Assembly (NCBI GenBank): GCA_963811105.1
Contig: CAWEPZ010000009.1
Coordinates: forward strand, 256,001-320,000
Direction of reading: 5' to 3'
From: Candidatus Bathyarchaeota archaeon
GTDB lineage: Archaea; Thermoproteota; Bathyarchaeia; Bathyarchaeales; Bathycorpusculaceae
DNA: 64,000 nucleotides
Shown here: positions 41,370 to 52,270 of the stretch, piece by piece
How positions within the stretch are numbered: the first letter of the stretch is position 1
Layout of the letters: the number at the start of each line of letters is the position of its first letter
The notes under the pieces: model-generated
What the model saw: the letters and a program-made list of their open reading frames with translations, nothing else
What the model was told of the DNA's origin: nothing
Database searches by the model: none
Made by a program: the position numbers and the translations under genes

Positions 41370-42746
41370 TTGGTTTCAGAAGAAAAAAAGAAATCCACAG
41401 TAGAGGATTTGCTTGCTAAGGCTAATAAACCCGCTCAGTTATCGCCTCCAATGCACCGTTTCTATGAAGGAAAAATGCAGGTTATCCCAAAATGCGTTAT
41501 TCGAAGTGTTGATGATTTTGCTATTTGGTATACTCCAGGCGTTGCTGCGCCCTGTAGAATGATTCAAGCTGATCCCGACAAGTCATTTGAGTTGACCAAC
41601 CGCTGGAATTATGTTGCAGTGGTTTCCGATGGAACACGCGTTTTAGGTTTAGGCGATATTGGCCCTGAGGCTGCATTGCCTGTAATGGAGGGCAAAGCGC
41701 TCTTGTTCAAATACTTAGGTGGAGTGGACGCGTTTCCAATTTGCTTGAGAACCAAAGATCCAGATGAGATAATTAGAATTTGTAAAGCTTTGGAGCCGTC
41801 GTTTGGTGGGATAAACCTTGAGGATATAGAAAAACCAAAGTGTTTTCATGTTCTTGAAAGCGCTCGTGAACAATTGAATATTCCTGTTTGGCATGATGAC
41901 CAGCAGGGAACCGCCACCGTAATTTTGGCTGGGCTGATGAATGCCTTCAAAATTGTAGGCAAGAAACCGCGGGAAAGCTTAATCACATTGGTTGGTTCGG
42001 GAGCAGCAAACATTCGAACTGCTTACGTGCTTATGAAATGGGGCGTTAAACCTGGAAATATAATTCTCGCTGACAGCAAAGGCGTAGTTTACAGAGATAG
42101 AAAAGACATAACCAAAGAAGACGACCCATGGAAATACGACGTTGCACAAAAAACTAATGGCGAGGATAGAACTGGCGACATTCAAGAGGCGTTCAAAGGG
42201 GTAGATGCAGTGGTTGCTGCTTCGAAGCCAGGTCCAAACACTATTAAGAAAGAATGGATTCAAACCATGGCTCAAGACTCTATTATTTTTGCCTGCGCTA
42301 ACCCGATTCCTGAAATCTGGCCGTGGGATGCACAGGAAGCAGGCGCCCGAATTGTAGCTACGGGAAGGAGCGACTTTCCAAACCAAGTAAATAATAGCCT
42401 TGGCTTTCCAGGTATTTTCAGAGGCGTTTTAGATGTTAAAGCGAAAACCGTTACTGATGACATGTGCATCGCAGCGGCGCAAGAGCTGGCAAATTACGCT
42501 GAAGAGAGGGGAATAAATGAGAATGATATTTTGCCGCGGATGGATGAGTGGGAAGTTTTCCCCAGAGAAGCTGTAGCATGCGCTTTGAAATCAATTGAGC
42601 AAGGAGTAGCACGAGTTAAGCCAAGCAAACAAGAACTGTATGAACGCGCGTCTGCCATAATTCAAAATGCTAGGCAATCAACTGAGTTACTGATGAAACA
42701 TGGTCTAATTAAGCAGCCTCCAAAAGAAAGCGACCTTCTGAAATAG
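41370..42746 (+). CDS. NAD(P)-dependent malic enzyme
   Basis: YTPGVA, LGLGDIGP, PVMEGKA.LFK, INLEDI, HDDQQGTA, ATGRSDFPNQVNN. SD AGGAG points to TTG 41370. Confidence 0.95.
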   Translation: MVSEEKKKSTVEDLLAKANKPAQLSPPMHRFYEGKMQVIPKCVIRSVDDFAIWYTPGVAAPCRMIQADPDKSFELTNRWNYVAVVSDGTRVLGLGDIGPEAALPVMEGKALLFKYLGGVDAFPICLRTKDPDEIIRICKALEPSFGGINLEDIEKPKCFHVLESAREQLNIPVWHDDQQGTATVILAGLMNAFKIVGKKPRESLITLVGSGAANIRTAYVLMKWGVKPGNIILADSKGVVYRDRKDITKEDDPWKYDVAQKTNGEDRTGDIQEAFKGVDAVVAASKPGPNTIKKEWIQTMAQDSIIFACANPIPEIWPWDAQEAGARIVATGRSDFPNQVNNSLGFPGIFRGVLDVKAKTVTDDMCIAAAQELANYAEERGINENDILPRMDEWEVFPREAVACALKSIEQGVARVKPSKQELYERASAIIQNARQSTELLMKHGLIKQPPKESDLLK

Positions 42747-42888
42747 AATCGTACAACGAAATGTGCACTTTTTACTTAAAGAATTTGGCAAACTGTTGAA
42801 CACTGTAGGGAAAACTGTATGTGAAGATCTCACCAAGAAAACAGCCAAATGTCCAACGAAAACAAAATGAACTTTACAAAAAAAATAA

Positions 42889-43221
42889 TTATAGAGGAGT
42901 TAGTTGAGTCAATCTCACTATGTTTCTTTTTTCCAGTCGTCGCAGAGCATCAAGGCATTCATCTTTTTTCTCGCCAGTAATTTCAAGGTTCACCATAATT
43001 TCTTTAACTGAAACCCCAGATTTGCCGAAGTTTTCATGTCTTTTATAGAGGTGTCGAACAATAGATTTTTCGAGTTTGCCGCATCTCCAAGTGGTGTGCC
43101 GGATCAAAACAACGATGGTTTTCACAAGTGTTTGCTCGTTTGCTTTTCTTCCCCGAGAGTCGCCCATCTCTCCACCGCCTTTCCTACACGTCGGCATGGT
43201 TTTTAAACGTTTGTTCCCCAA
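42889..43221 (-). CDS. Hypothetical wHTH-like protein
   Basis: C-terminal DALRRLEKRNIVRL helix-wing pattern; start uncertain. Confidence 0.55.
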   Translation of the reverse strand: MGNKRLKTMPTCRKGGGEMGDSRGRKANEQTLVKTIVVLIRHTTWRCGKLEKSIVRHLYKRHENFGKSGVSVKEIMVNLEITGEKKDECLDALRRLEKRNIVRLTQLTPL

Positions 43222-43259
43222 CGATTTAAGCGCTTTATTTTTAAGGAAGACAGTACTTT

Positions 43260-43709
43260 CTAAAGGTTTTTTTTGAGATACAATCCATGCTTTTTCCCGT
43301 AGTAATTTTCTAGTTTTCCCATTTTTTGGTATTCCCTGTTTTGGTACAGTTTCAAAGCAATTGAGTTGTCTTCCCTAACTTCCAATTGGCATTCAACTAT
43401 GCCTTTATGCTTAAGGATCTCTTCAATTTCTTTGAGCATCTTACTTCCAATTCCTTTACGGCGGTACATCGGAGGAACATTTAGGGTTATAATATGTCCA
43501 AAGAGCTTGTCACTTTCAATTTCTATCTGCGCTATTATGAATCCGGCAACTTCATTGTCTGCCTTTGCAACTAATGCGATAGTGTTGTAGTCAGTTAACA
43601 AATAGGCTATTTGCTGTTTTGAAAATGCTTCTTGATCAAAGCATTGATCTTCGATTTCAGAAAGCTTATCAAGCATCCGCATGGAAGCGGTTTCGATTTT
43701 TATTTCCAT
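43260..43709 (-). CDS. rimI: RimI-like N-acetyltransferase
   Basis: HIITLNV...RRKGIG, LEVREDN..A..LY, YY motifs. Confidence 0.88.
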   Translation of the reverse strand: MEIKIETASMRMLDKLSEIEDQCFDQEAFSKQQIAYLLTDYNTIALVAKADNEVAGFIIAQIEIESDKLFGHIITLNVPPMYRRKGIGSKMLKEIEEILKHKGIVECQLEVREDNSIALKLYQNREYQKMGKLENYYGKKHGLYLKKNL

Positions 43710-43835
43710 TTTGTCGTCTTTAAGATCATTATGGTTGCCCTATCATTTTATTTTTTTCGGTCATTTCCCCTTCTGATATGCTTGGTTTTGGTTCTAACCG
43801 TTGTTATTTGCCTAAAGCCAATTGTTTTTTGTTCA

Positions 43836-44290
43836 TCACTTGCGCTTCTTAAAAAGTTGATCCCCCTACACCATAGCGTGAAACTAAAAGCCAACTTTCA
43901 CAAGCTTAATGGCTTCTTCCATTGTGTCCGCAACTCTATCGGTGAATCGGTCGATAGTTTCTTCATAAATCATTTCTTCTAAGTGAACGTATTTTTCTGC
44001 TGAACCTATGCGCTTGTGATATAGAATCATTTTTACATGCCAAGAGTCCTTAATTCGATGTTGCTTATGGTTCCCTTCCCAATGCCTAAAAGTTTGGAAA
44101 TAAATCAGTAATAGATTAGAGTTAACTTCTTTCTAGCTAAAGCCCCTTTTTGCAGGAAGAAGTTTGCTTTTACATGCTCAACATTTGCAAATATTTTTTC
44201 ATTTGTTCTTGGTAGATTGCAAAGCATATCAAAGGTCTTAGCCGACGAGCGTGTTCGGCTGTTGCTTCACTTCTCGGCTTTAATCCTATA
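43836..44290 (-). pseudogene. Fossil tyrosine recombinase/integrase (C-terminal catalytic part)
   Basis: AEK*SNSRT; LPRTNEKIF; FQTFRHW...HVKMILYHKRIGSAEKYVHL; tail RVADTMEEAIKLVKVGF*...QLFKKRK*. Confidence 0.75.
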
Positions 44291-44721
44291 CTTCAACTGT
44301 GCAAAGTATTTGATCTTCCAACATAAGTACCAACATCTTATTATCTTTTACAATATTCGACGCTCAGGATTTCTTATACAATTCCCAGACTTCATCATCG
44401 TTTTCGATTGTCACCAAAGCTTACTCACCTTCGTTAATCTTTGAGAACAAGTTCTCAATTTCATGGTTAAATCTGCAAAGGCGGTCGTGTGTTTAGCGGG
44501 ACCTTCTTGGTTTTCGATTTCTTGAAGTCTTTAGCAAGAATGGTTTTAACTACTCGCTTTCAATAACATTAGCATCCATTAACGAAGAATTTGCAGGGTT
44601 TGTGCTTCTACGACCCTCGAAATAGCCCTCTTTGTTTCTAGCGCTTATTGTATTTAGGAATGAGTACTCCAAAAAAGAAGGGGAAAAGTCAGTTTCGGCC
44701 TAAAAGTGTACAGAGAAAAGA

Positions 44722-44746
44722 GGGTCCGATTGGAATTGAACCCAAT
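44722..44746 (-). other. Degenerate tRNA 3' fragment (T arm + acceptor half), possible att remnant
   Basis: Minus strand ATTGGGTTCAATTCCAATCGGACCC, upstream of the fossil integrase; no D or anticodon arm. Confidence 0.45.
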
Positions 44747-44926
44747 TGGAGAACGAAGTTGCTTTCAAGAAAAGAAAAGGATGTTCTGAGGAACAGCATA
44801 ATTGCGCTTCTGGAGAATCAATTCCTGTCGGACTTTTCGATAATTCGTATAAAGTAGCTTACTCAACTGGTAAATGTCAGCCCTATCATTCAAATTTAAA
44901 TAATGTGGGTATCTTAAATAACTGTT

Positions 44927-46024
44927 TTAATCTATTTGAGGATCCTGCGTTGCCTTTCCGATATCTTTTTCGTTGCTTGTGGCGGCAATAGGTTGATTTT
45001 TGCCCAACAAAATTCCGACGCCTGCAAACTGAAAAGTTACGTAGCCAACAACAAGTTTGAACCAAAGAGTAATCACGCGGGTTAACAACGTTACGGAGAA
45101 ACTGACAGCTAGCGGAATCAGAAGAACTTGGTATGCCGTAGTCATGATGATTTCTGTTAATCCAACAAAAGATACACCGACCGACGCCAAAGTGCCTGTT
45201 AAGGCGTACACTATGAGCACTCGGTCCACAGGAATGGGATAACCCAGCGATGCAAAGACGAAAAACACGACAAAAACGTCGAATGCCACGCTCAAAAGAT
45301 AGAAAACAGTAGGACGTATCAAAGCTCTCTTTTCAGACTTCAAAGTATCAATGCCTCTGTGGAATATGTTTAGGAATTTTTCCGCCTCCTCCCGAAACTG
45401 AGCTTCGTTGAAGCGGGACCGCAAAAAGAAAGACAACAAGGGAATCAGAAACCTGTTAAGCACAGCTTTTGTGGACTTGACCCTTGAACTCATAAAATAC
45501 ACAACCAAAAAAGATGCAACGGACAATATTACAACTATACCGAAGAAAACCACTACCTGCTGCGGTAGAACATAGTTAACTGCAAAAAGCCCAAAACCCA
45601 ATATCAAAAGAAAAACGGTAACTGCCATGCCAATGATTTTTTGGCTAACCACCGAAGCCACGGTCTTGCCCACATCCCCATCAGACTTTTTGCTAAGCAT
45701 ATACGCTTTCGATATGTCTCCTGACCACCCAGGCTCAGGAAGAGTAGCATCGAAAAAGTAGCCTGCCCACGTCAAAATCACGGTTCTACGAATGCTGGTT
45801 TGAACCTTGAGATTACCCAGCAGGCTGTGCCATGTTAAAGCAGAAAAGAAGGTGGCAACGATAAATGCGACAAACGCAGACGTATAGAAGTAAATATTCG
45901 CCTGCCTGATTACGTCCACGAAGTTGCCTGTGCCAACGTAATAGTTTAAGTAAAAAATGAAAACAACTAACCCAATAACCGCAAACAGGATAATTCTTTT
46001 TAACTGCAGTGATTTCAGCGCCAT
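44927..46024 (-). CDS. UPF0104/lysylphosphatidylglycerol-synthase TM (flippase-like) protein
   Basis: Multi-TM; W..LL, P..SGD..KAY, R.IT.W motifs. Confidence 0.85.
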   Translation of the reverse strand: MALKSLQLKRIILFAVIGLVVFIFYLNYYVGTGNFVDVIRQANIYFYTSAFVAFIVATFFSALTWHSLLGNLKVQTSIRRTVILTWAGYFFDATLPEPGWSGDISKAYMLSKKSDGDVGKTVASVVSQKIIGMAVTVFLLILGFGLFAVNYVLPQQVVVFFGIVVILSVASFLVVYFMSSRVKSTKAVLNRFLIPLLSFFLRSRFNEAQFREEAEKFLNIFHRGIDTLKSEKRALIRPTVFYLLSVAFDVFVVFFVFASLGYPIPVDRVLIVYALTGTLASVGVSFVGLTEIIMTTAYQVLLIPLAVSFSVTLLTRVITLWFKLVVGYVTFQFAGVGILLGKNQPIAATSNEKDIGKATQDPQID

Positions 46025-46661
46025 GATGAAGCGAACCTTTTGCTATCCCATTGGAGATTCGCAGTTAAATCTCTATTTCTAAAAAAGCCCTCATTTGGTT
46101 TATTGATTCTTAAATCTTAAATTCAAGTCAGAACATAATTGTTTCAGAAAGAAGATAATTGCTTTGTATTGACTACGGATGACGATTTCAAAGACCCAAA
46201 AAAATGCCAAGCTTAGTTGCCTTTCCTATTTCATTCAGGTCAGGACCAATCTTGCTATGAAGAGCATTGAATCTTTCAGGATTCTGCCTCTTGACTTACT
46301 CAACACCGTTACGAAACGCATATGGACTTTCCAGCTTTTCTCGTTTCGGTTCTACATTTGCAAATAAGCAAAAAATTATTCTTGCCCCGACCAAAACTCG
46401 CTAAAGATTAAGCCTCTTTAAGATAAAGTTAAAACTTTTTTAACCATGATATACTTTAGAGAACGTCAACTTGTTTGCGGAAACAAGAATAACAAAAAAG
46501 CAAGAATATGCAGGTGTTGGCGAATCAACTCGCAAATCCAACACTGAGCAAGACGATCCTAAATATGCTAAATTTTTTGAGACCGATCAATTGAAACAAA
46601 TTTAATTCGTTAGCAACCTTTTAATCTAATTACGGCTCTAACGTAAAAAAGGTAAACGAAA

Positions 46662-48434
46662 TTGAACGACGACATCAAATGTTCAAAACCTGAATGCGAC
46701 AAATTCACTGCAATTAACGAGTTAGCAAAACGTAGAGGATTTTTCTGGCCGTCATTTGAAATTTATGGAGGCAGCGGGGGCTTTGTAACGTATGGTCCTC
46801 TTGGAACACGGTTAAAACAGAATATTGAAGCTAAACTTAGAGAACTTTTTGTTAAGAAAATCGGCATTTACGAAATGGAATCATCAGTCATTGCGCCAAG
46901 CAAAGTCTTTGAAGCTTCGGGTCATGTAGACCATTTTAAGGAGCCTATGGTTGAGTGTCAAAACTGTCACAACCGATTCCGCGCTGATCATTTGCTTGAA
47001 GAAAAAGGTGTGAGTTCGGCTGAAGCGGAAAAAATGACTTTGGATGAAATTAGAGAAGAAATTAAGAGGCATGAGGTTGTGTGCCCTGACTGCGGCGGAA
47101 GATTTGGCGAACCTCAGCGTTATTTGACAATGTTTGAAACAACAATTGGCCCATACTCAGGGGCGGTTGGGTATGGAAGACCTGAGGCTGCACAGAACAT
47201 TTTCGTAGAATTTAACAGGCTCTATACCGCTGCAAGAGAGAGACTGCCCTTCGGCGTCATCCAAATCGGCCATGCATTGCGTAATGAGATTTCGCCAAGG
47301 CAAGGCTTGATACGTTTAAGAGAATTCACAATTTCAGATTTAGAATTTTTCTTCGATCCCCAAGAACCAAGGTGTAATTTGCTTGGGGAAGTTGAAAACG
47401 AAGTATTGTCCATCCTTCTATGCGAAACCAGGCTGAAGGAGTGTGAGGACACAACTGACATGACAGTGAGAGAAGCGCTTGACCGAAAAGTAATCCGTTC
47501 AGAATGGCAAGCGTTCTTTATGGCTATGGCAAAAAAACTCCTAGTTGACCTTGGTGTACCAGCAAATAAACAGCGCTTCATTGAAAAGCTCTCATGGGAG
47601 AAAGCTCATTATTCAAGCCAAAGCTTTGATCAAGAAGTCCTTGTTGACCGTTGGGGCTGGGTAGAAGTTTCAGGTCACGCATACCGCACTGACTATGACT
47701 TATCATGCCATATGAAAGCAAGCGGCGTAGACATGACCGTTTACAAAGAATACCCTAACCCAGTAGAAAAAGAAGAACTTACTGTTAAGCCAAATATGGC
47801 TAAACTTGGACCAGTGTACAAGGGTGAAGCGGGAAAAGTGGCCGCACTGCTATCTAAGGTTCCTGCGCAAGAAGTTGCAGACGCCATCCAAGAACAAGGT
47901 TCCTTTATGGTTGACAAATACGAGATAAAACAAGACCAAGTAGATATTAGTCGCCAAAAAAAAATTGTTCGCGGTACACGATTCGTGCCCCACGTTGTGG
48001 AACCCAGTTTTGGCTCTGACAGGCTCTTTTACGTAGCCTTGGAGTACGCTTATGGAATAAAGAACGACCGCGTTGTTATGAGTTTTCCAAGAAGCATTGC
48101 ACCAATTCAAGTTGGTGTATATCCGTTAATGAATAAAGATGGCTTAGACGAAAAAGCAAAAACAGTGCAAATAATTTTGGCGAAAGAGGGTTTCATGTCT
48201 GAATCTGATGAAACAGGCTCAATTGGCAGACGGTATGCAAGGGCTGATGAGGCAGGTGTGCAATTAGGAATAACCATAGATTATGATACCTTGAAAGATG
48301 ATACTGTAACCATACGTGACCGAGACAGCTGGATGCAGGTTCGCGCTTCAATCAAAGATCTACCAAAACTTATGCACGCTTACTTCCAGGAAAAACTTAA
48401 CTTTACAGGTTTAGGAAAACTAATTGAAAAATAG
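46662..48434 (+). CDS. glyS: Glycine--tRNA ligase (archaeal/eukaryal homodimeric type)
   Basis: RRGFFWPSFEIYGG, ASGHV..F, RPEAAQ, RNEISPRQGLIRLREF, PHVVEPSFG.DR, SIGRRYARADE. Confidence 0.96.
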   Translation: MNDDIKCSKPECDKFTAINELAKRRGFFWPSFEIYGGSGGFVTYGPLGTRLKQNIEAKLRELFVKKIGIYEMESSVIAPSKVFEASGHVDHFKEPMVECQNCHNRFRADHLLEEKGVSSAEAEKMTLDEIREEIKRHEVVCPDCGGRFGEPQRYLTMFETTIGPYSGAVGYGRPEAAQNIFVEFNRLYTAARERLPFGVIQIGHALRNEISPRQGLIRLREFTISDLEFFFDPQEPRCNLLGEVENEVLSILLCETRLKECEDTTDMTVREALDRKVIRSEWQAFFMAMAKKLLVDLGVPANKQRFIEKLSWEKAHYSSQSFDQEVLVDRWGWVEVSGHAYRTDYDLSCHMKASGVDMTVYKEYPNPVEKEELTVKPNMAKLGPVYKGEAGKVAALLSKVPAQEVADAIQEQGSFMVDKYEIKQDQVDISRQKKIVRGTRFVPHVVEPSFGSDRLFYVALEYAYGIKNDRVVMSFPRSIAPIQVGVYPLMNKDGLDEKAKTVQIILAKEGFMSESDETGSIGRRYARADEAGVQLGITIDYDTLKDDTVTIRDRDSWMQVRASIKDLPKLMHAYFQEKLNFTGLGKLIEK

Positions 48435-48508
48435 GTAGCTACCTTTTTTAATACACACACGCATAAAATATTAGAAAATTAGACATCATTATTGTGGAGA
48501 GAGACAGA

Positions 48509-49168
48509 GTGGTACTTCCGTCAGAAACAGAAGAACGCGTTAAACGAAGAGCCCTAAATGCTTGCAATGATAACTTGCGCAAAGTCGTAGATGTATCGAG
48601 AAAAATTCCTCAGCTTGTTGAGTATTTTGCTGTCGGTGATAAGGAAAACGCAAGAAAGCTCTTCAGCGAAATCAGATTAGGCGAAGAAGAAGTTGTCAAG
48701 GCACGACGCATGGTTTCTCAAGAGTTAGCTGAAATAGGCGCTATTTTGATTGCCCGCGAAGACTTCTTTAGATTCACAAATTTATCAAGTGAAATAGCCG
48801 ACTTTTCCGAAGGTATTGCTTACTATTTAGTTGAGATTATGGATCACAACTGGAATATTCCGCCAGAAGTCAAAAAGGACCTGCTTAAGCTTTCTTTAGC
48901 GGTCTTGGACTCAGTGATTAAACTGAGAGAAACAATGATGGTTCTAAATTATGGGTCACAAAAAACATTGGAAAAAGCCAAAGACGTAGAAATCGCTGAA
49001 CGCATAGTTGACGATCAGTACAGAGCCTTGAGCATCAAAATTCTTAGCGGAAAACTTGATGTCCCAGCACTTTTGCTTCTGCGAGATGTACTTCAATTGT
49101 TGGAAAACTCCGCAGACAAAGCTGAGGACGCCGCTGACGCCGCGCGAATGCTTTCGTTCATAATGTAG
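48509..49168 (+). CDS. DUF47/PhoU-like helical protein
   Basis: REDF..F....IAD, ER.VD..YR, LENSADKAEDAAD. Likely start GTG 48509. Confidence 0.8.
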   Translation: MVLPSETEERVKRRALNACNDNLRKVVDVSRKIPQLVEYFAVGDKENARKLFSEIRLGEEEVVKARRMVSQELAEIGAILIAREDFFRFTNLSSEIADFSEGIAYYLVEIMDHNWNIPPEVKKDLLKLSLAVLDSVIKLRETMMVLNYGSQKTLEKAKDVEIAERIVDDQYRALSIKILSGKLDVPALLLLRDVLQLLENSADKAEDAADAARMLSFIM

Positions 49169-49184
49169 CTAAGAGCCGACTTTA

Positions 49185-49739
49185 ATGCCAAAAACAAAAG
49201 TGAAACTCATCGAGAACTTCTTAGTAGTGTGGGATTTCGCTGAAGGCTCCGAACTCTACAAGGCAGGATATTACGGTAAACCTCTCGGGATCCCCAAACC
49301 AAAAATCCCCGAGTTCGATGCACCGTTAATTTTGGATTTAATGGAAGGCTTATACCTGCTCGAAAACAAAAAAATTGAAATTTACGAGCAATCCAACGAA
49401 AAAAAAGTCAGCCTTACAAAGCTTAAACAAAAAGCTAAACAGTTATACGACGAATTTGAAGAAAAATATGCAGTCTACCATGACCTAAGGGATAGCAACT
49501 TAATTGTTACGCCCGGAATAAAGTTTGGGTGCGACTTTGCAGTTTACAAATATGGCCCAGGTGTAGAACATGCCCCGTACACTGTGTCGGTGAAGAAGGC
49601 AGGCTCAGACATCACAGCCACAGAAATTGTTAAAGCCGGACGTTTAGCGACCACCGTGAGAAAACGGTTCATTATTGCTGTGCCAGATTTGGCTTCGAAT
49701 AAAGTGCAGTATTTGATTTTTAAATGGTTCAAAGCTTAG
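49185..49739 (+). CDS. endA: tRNA-intron endonuclease, catalytic subunit
   Basis: L.LDL.E.LYL, VY.DLR, GIKFGCDFAVY..GP..EHAPY, GRLATTVRK (Y/H/K triad). Confidence 0.92.
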   Translation: MPKTKVKLIENFLVVWDFAEGSELYKAGYYGKPLGIPKPKIPEFDAPLILDLMEGLYLLENKKIEIYEQSNEKKVSLTKLKQKAKQLYDEFEEKYAVYHDLRDSNLIVTPGIKFGCDFAVYKYGPGVEHAPYTVSVKKAGSDITATEIVKAGRLATTVRKRFIIAVPDLASNKVQYLIFKWFKA

Positions 49740-50262
49740 CATTAAAACATGCAAGCATTCGAAAAGGGATAGTCTTTCCAAAATATTTGACCCGGTTAAT
49801 CTTATTTGGAAAAAATAAACCTAATACTAATTTGCACATTTTGAACCGTTGCTAACGCTCAACACAATTGAAGTTACTGTACTTTTCGCGCCTTAATCTT
49901 CATAATTTTTGTTTTTCAGAACATCCCTAAATGTATCTATATCTGAAGCCGAAACAAGCGTGACTTAGTAAAATTTCCCCTTTGCCTCGTAGAGTTTCCA
50001 TTCGAATCTATTTTAGGAAGTGCTTCAAACTTCATCAATAGGACACCTCGATGAAAATGTTTACAAATCAATATAATTCATGCATTAACACACCGGCAAA
50101 ATGGCATAATCTCCTCAAGCCCCATTGTTTAAGGTAAGTATTGTATTCTCATATGAGCTTTCCCACTCGTTTTTATCAGAAAATCAATTCAAAGAATTGG
50201 GCCAAAACCTGATATGTGATGCTGCAAAATGTTTATACGGTTGTTTATTGATTTTCGAAGTG

Positions 50263-50697
50263 ATGCCATCTGTAAAAGATTTTATGACAACGAACGTTAT
50301 TACTATTGATATTCAGAAAACTGTGCTTGAGGCAGCTAAGCTAATGCATCAGCAAGATGTGGGTGATCTCGTTGTAATGGATGGCAATGTAGCTAAAGGA
50401 ATTATTACGGAAAGAGATTTAGTTAGAAGGGTGATGGCACAGAAAAAACCGTTTGATGCCAAGGTCTCTGAGGTAATGTCAGATCCGCTAATAACAATCG
50501 ACGAAGATTCTTCACTCAGAGCAGCCGCAAGGACAATGATCAAGTACAAAATCAGAAGACTACCCGTTACAAAGGAAGACGAATTGGTCGGTATAATAGC
50601 TACTTCAGATTTTGCTCGACATCTCAGCAAAAAAAGCTTCAGTGAAGTAATGCTCGCTGCAATGACCCGGTATCCATTAGCCGACCCTAGCCGATGA
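50263..50697 (+). CDS. Tandem CBS-domain protein
   Basis: VKDFMT, GIITERD, VSEVMS.P, IRRLPV..LVGII. Likely start ATG 50263. Confidence 0.9.
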   Translation: MPSVKDFMTTNVITIDIQKTVLEAAKLMHQQDVGDLVVMDGNVAKGIITERDLVRRVMAQKKPFDAKVSEVMSDPLITIDEDSSLRAAARTMIKYKIRRLPVTKEDELVGIIATSDFARHLSKKSFSEVMLAAMTRYPLADPSR

Positions 50698-50794
50698 GCC
50701 AATCAAAAATTGAGAATATCGAGATAATTGCCCATAAATAGGGAAAATCATCTTCTCATTGAATTATAGTTTTCTTTTGATTTATGACTTCAAT

Positions 50795-52093
50795 TTAGTT
50801 TGCTATGATTGTTTGGTTTTGGAATTCTCCGCGGACATACTGATGCGGATAAATCTTTGTCGCCACAAGAGAACAGCCTTCCTCCAATTTTACGTCGTCA
50901 CCTATTACTGACACAGCGCTTATTTTTGTCTGATTACGCTGGCTTGAACCAATAACCACATGTCTACCGATTATGCTGTCGTAAACCTCGGCATTTTCTC
51001 CAATTATCACCCTATCCATGACTGCTGAGTTGGCAATCACAGCGTTTTTGCCTACTCTCGTAAAATTGTCAATACATGAATCCACTATTCTTGCTCCATC
51101 ACCTATTTCGCAGTGTCTACCAATCAAAACAGCGCCTTCTAGAATGATTTTCTTTAGCTTTATCTTCTGAATAATTTCTAAACGACGTTTTTCTGAGTCA
51201 CCGCTTTCCCCTTGAACCCAAATTTGACTTCCTTCTTTGAGTCTTTCACCGAAATCGCTGAGGGTGCAGAAGTTGCCACGTAGAAGGTTTTTCATTGCCT
51301 CCAAATAGCTTTTAGGCGTACCTACATCAAACCAGTTGCCTTTCAGTGTGTAACCATAAACTGGGCGTCCAGTCTGAATGACGTACGGGATAAAGTCATA
51401 ACCGAAGTCTAATCGGTTTTTTTCCTTTATAATTTGTTGAATGCCTTTTTCCTTGAAAATCTTTCTTACTTCGGGCGATAGTATATACAAGCCTGTATTT
51501 GCAAGGTTGCTTGGAGCATCTTTAGGCAGAGGCTTCTCGACAAACCGTTTTATGCGTCCATCCTTGTCAATATCTGCGATACCTAAGCCTTCCACATTAT
51601 CAACTTCCCGCAACACGATGGTTAAGGCAGCGCATTTTTCCTTGTGATAATCAATCAGGCTCTTGACCTTAATGTCAAAGATGTTGTCCCCCTGTACTGC
51701 AAAAACTGGGTTGTTGAGTTCATAGTACTCCATGTTTATTCTAGCAGAATCTGCACTCCCTAAATCCTCAACATTGGGTTGATATTTTATGTGAATTCGT
51801 GGCTTAATGTTGTAGCGCGCGGAAAATCCGTAGCCTGACTCAAAATAATCAAACAGATCACGATAGTTGGTATAACCTTTAACCCCAAAGATGAAGTTTC
51901 GTAAGCCTTGACTCGCCAACGATAGAAGGGCAAACTCGACCAACGGCCTGTTCAACAATCGTAAACAGGCTTTGCTTGTTTCAGCCGTTAATGGCAGAAG
52001 GCGTGTTGCTTTTCCGCCTACTGGAATGATTACTCTTATTTTGTCAGGAGAGTAATTATCTCCTACTAAGGGCGCGTAATTTTCGCTCAACAT
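50795..52093 (-). CDS. Sugar-1-phosphate nucleotidyltransferase (GlgC-like)
   Basis: GGKATRLLPLT, GSAD, GDN, FVEKP, DFGYDFIP, WFDVGT; C-terminal left-handed beta helix. Confidence 0.88.
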   Translation of the reverse strand: MLSENYAPLVGDNYSPDKIRVIIPVGGKATRLLPLTAETSKACLRLLNRPLVEFALLSLASQGLRNFIFGVKGYTNYRDLFDYFESGYGFSARYNIKPRIHIKYQPNVEDLGSADSARINMEYYELNNPVFAVQGDNIFDIKVKSLIDYHKEKCAALTIVLREVDNVEGLGIADIDKDGRIKRFVEKPLPKDAPSNLANTGLYILSPEVRKIFKEKGIQQIIKEKNRLDFGYDFIPYVIQTGRPVYGYTLKGNWFDVGTPKSYLEAMKNLLRGNFCTLSDFGERLKEGSQIWVQGESGDSEKRRLEIIQKIKLKKIILEGAVLIGRHCEIGDGARIVDSCIDNFTRVGKNAVIANSAVMDRVIIGENAEVYDSIIGRHVVIGSSQRNQTKISAVSVIGDDVKLEEGCSLVATKIYPHQYVRGEFQNQTIIAN

Positions 52094-52270
52094 TCCACCA
52101 CAAACACTATTTTTGATTAAGGATTAGGTTGTCTGCTAATCTTTTAATGTTTCCGAAAACATTTTTGGCTATACTTACTTTTCAACCGCTTATCTATCCC
52201 GGAAAGTAGCCTAAGTCAATTTGATATAAGGTTTATACGTTTTGTTGATTAGACTTAACTGTGAAAATGG

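Noticed and set aside
44722-44790. Complete tRNA on the minus strand
   Set aside because: Only a mismatched T arm and acceptor half are present; kept as an att remnant.
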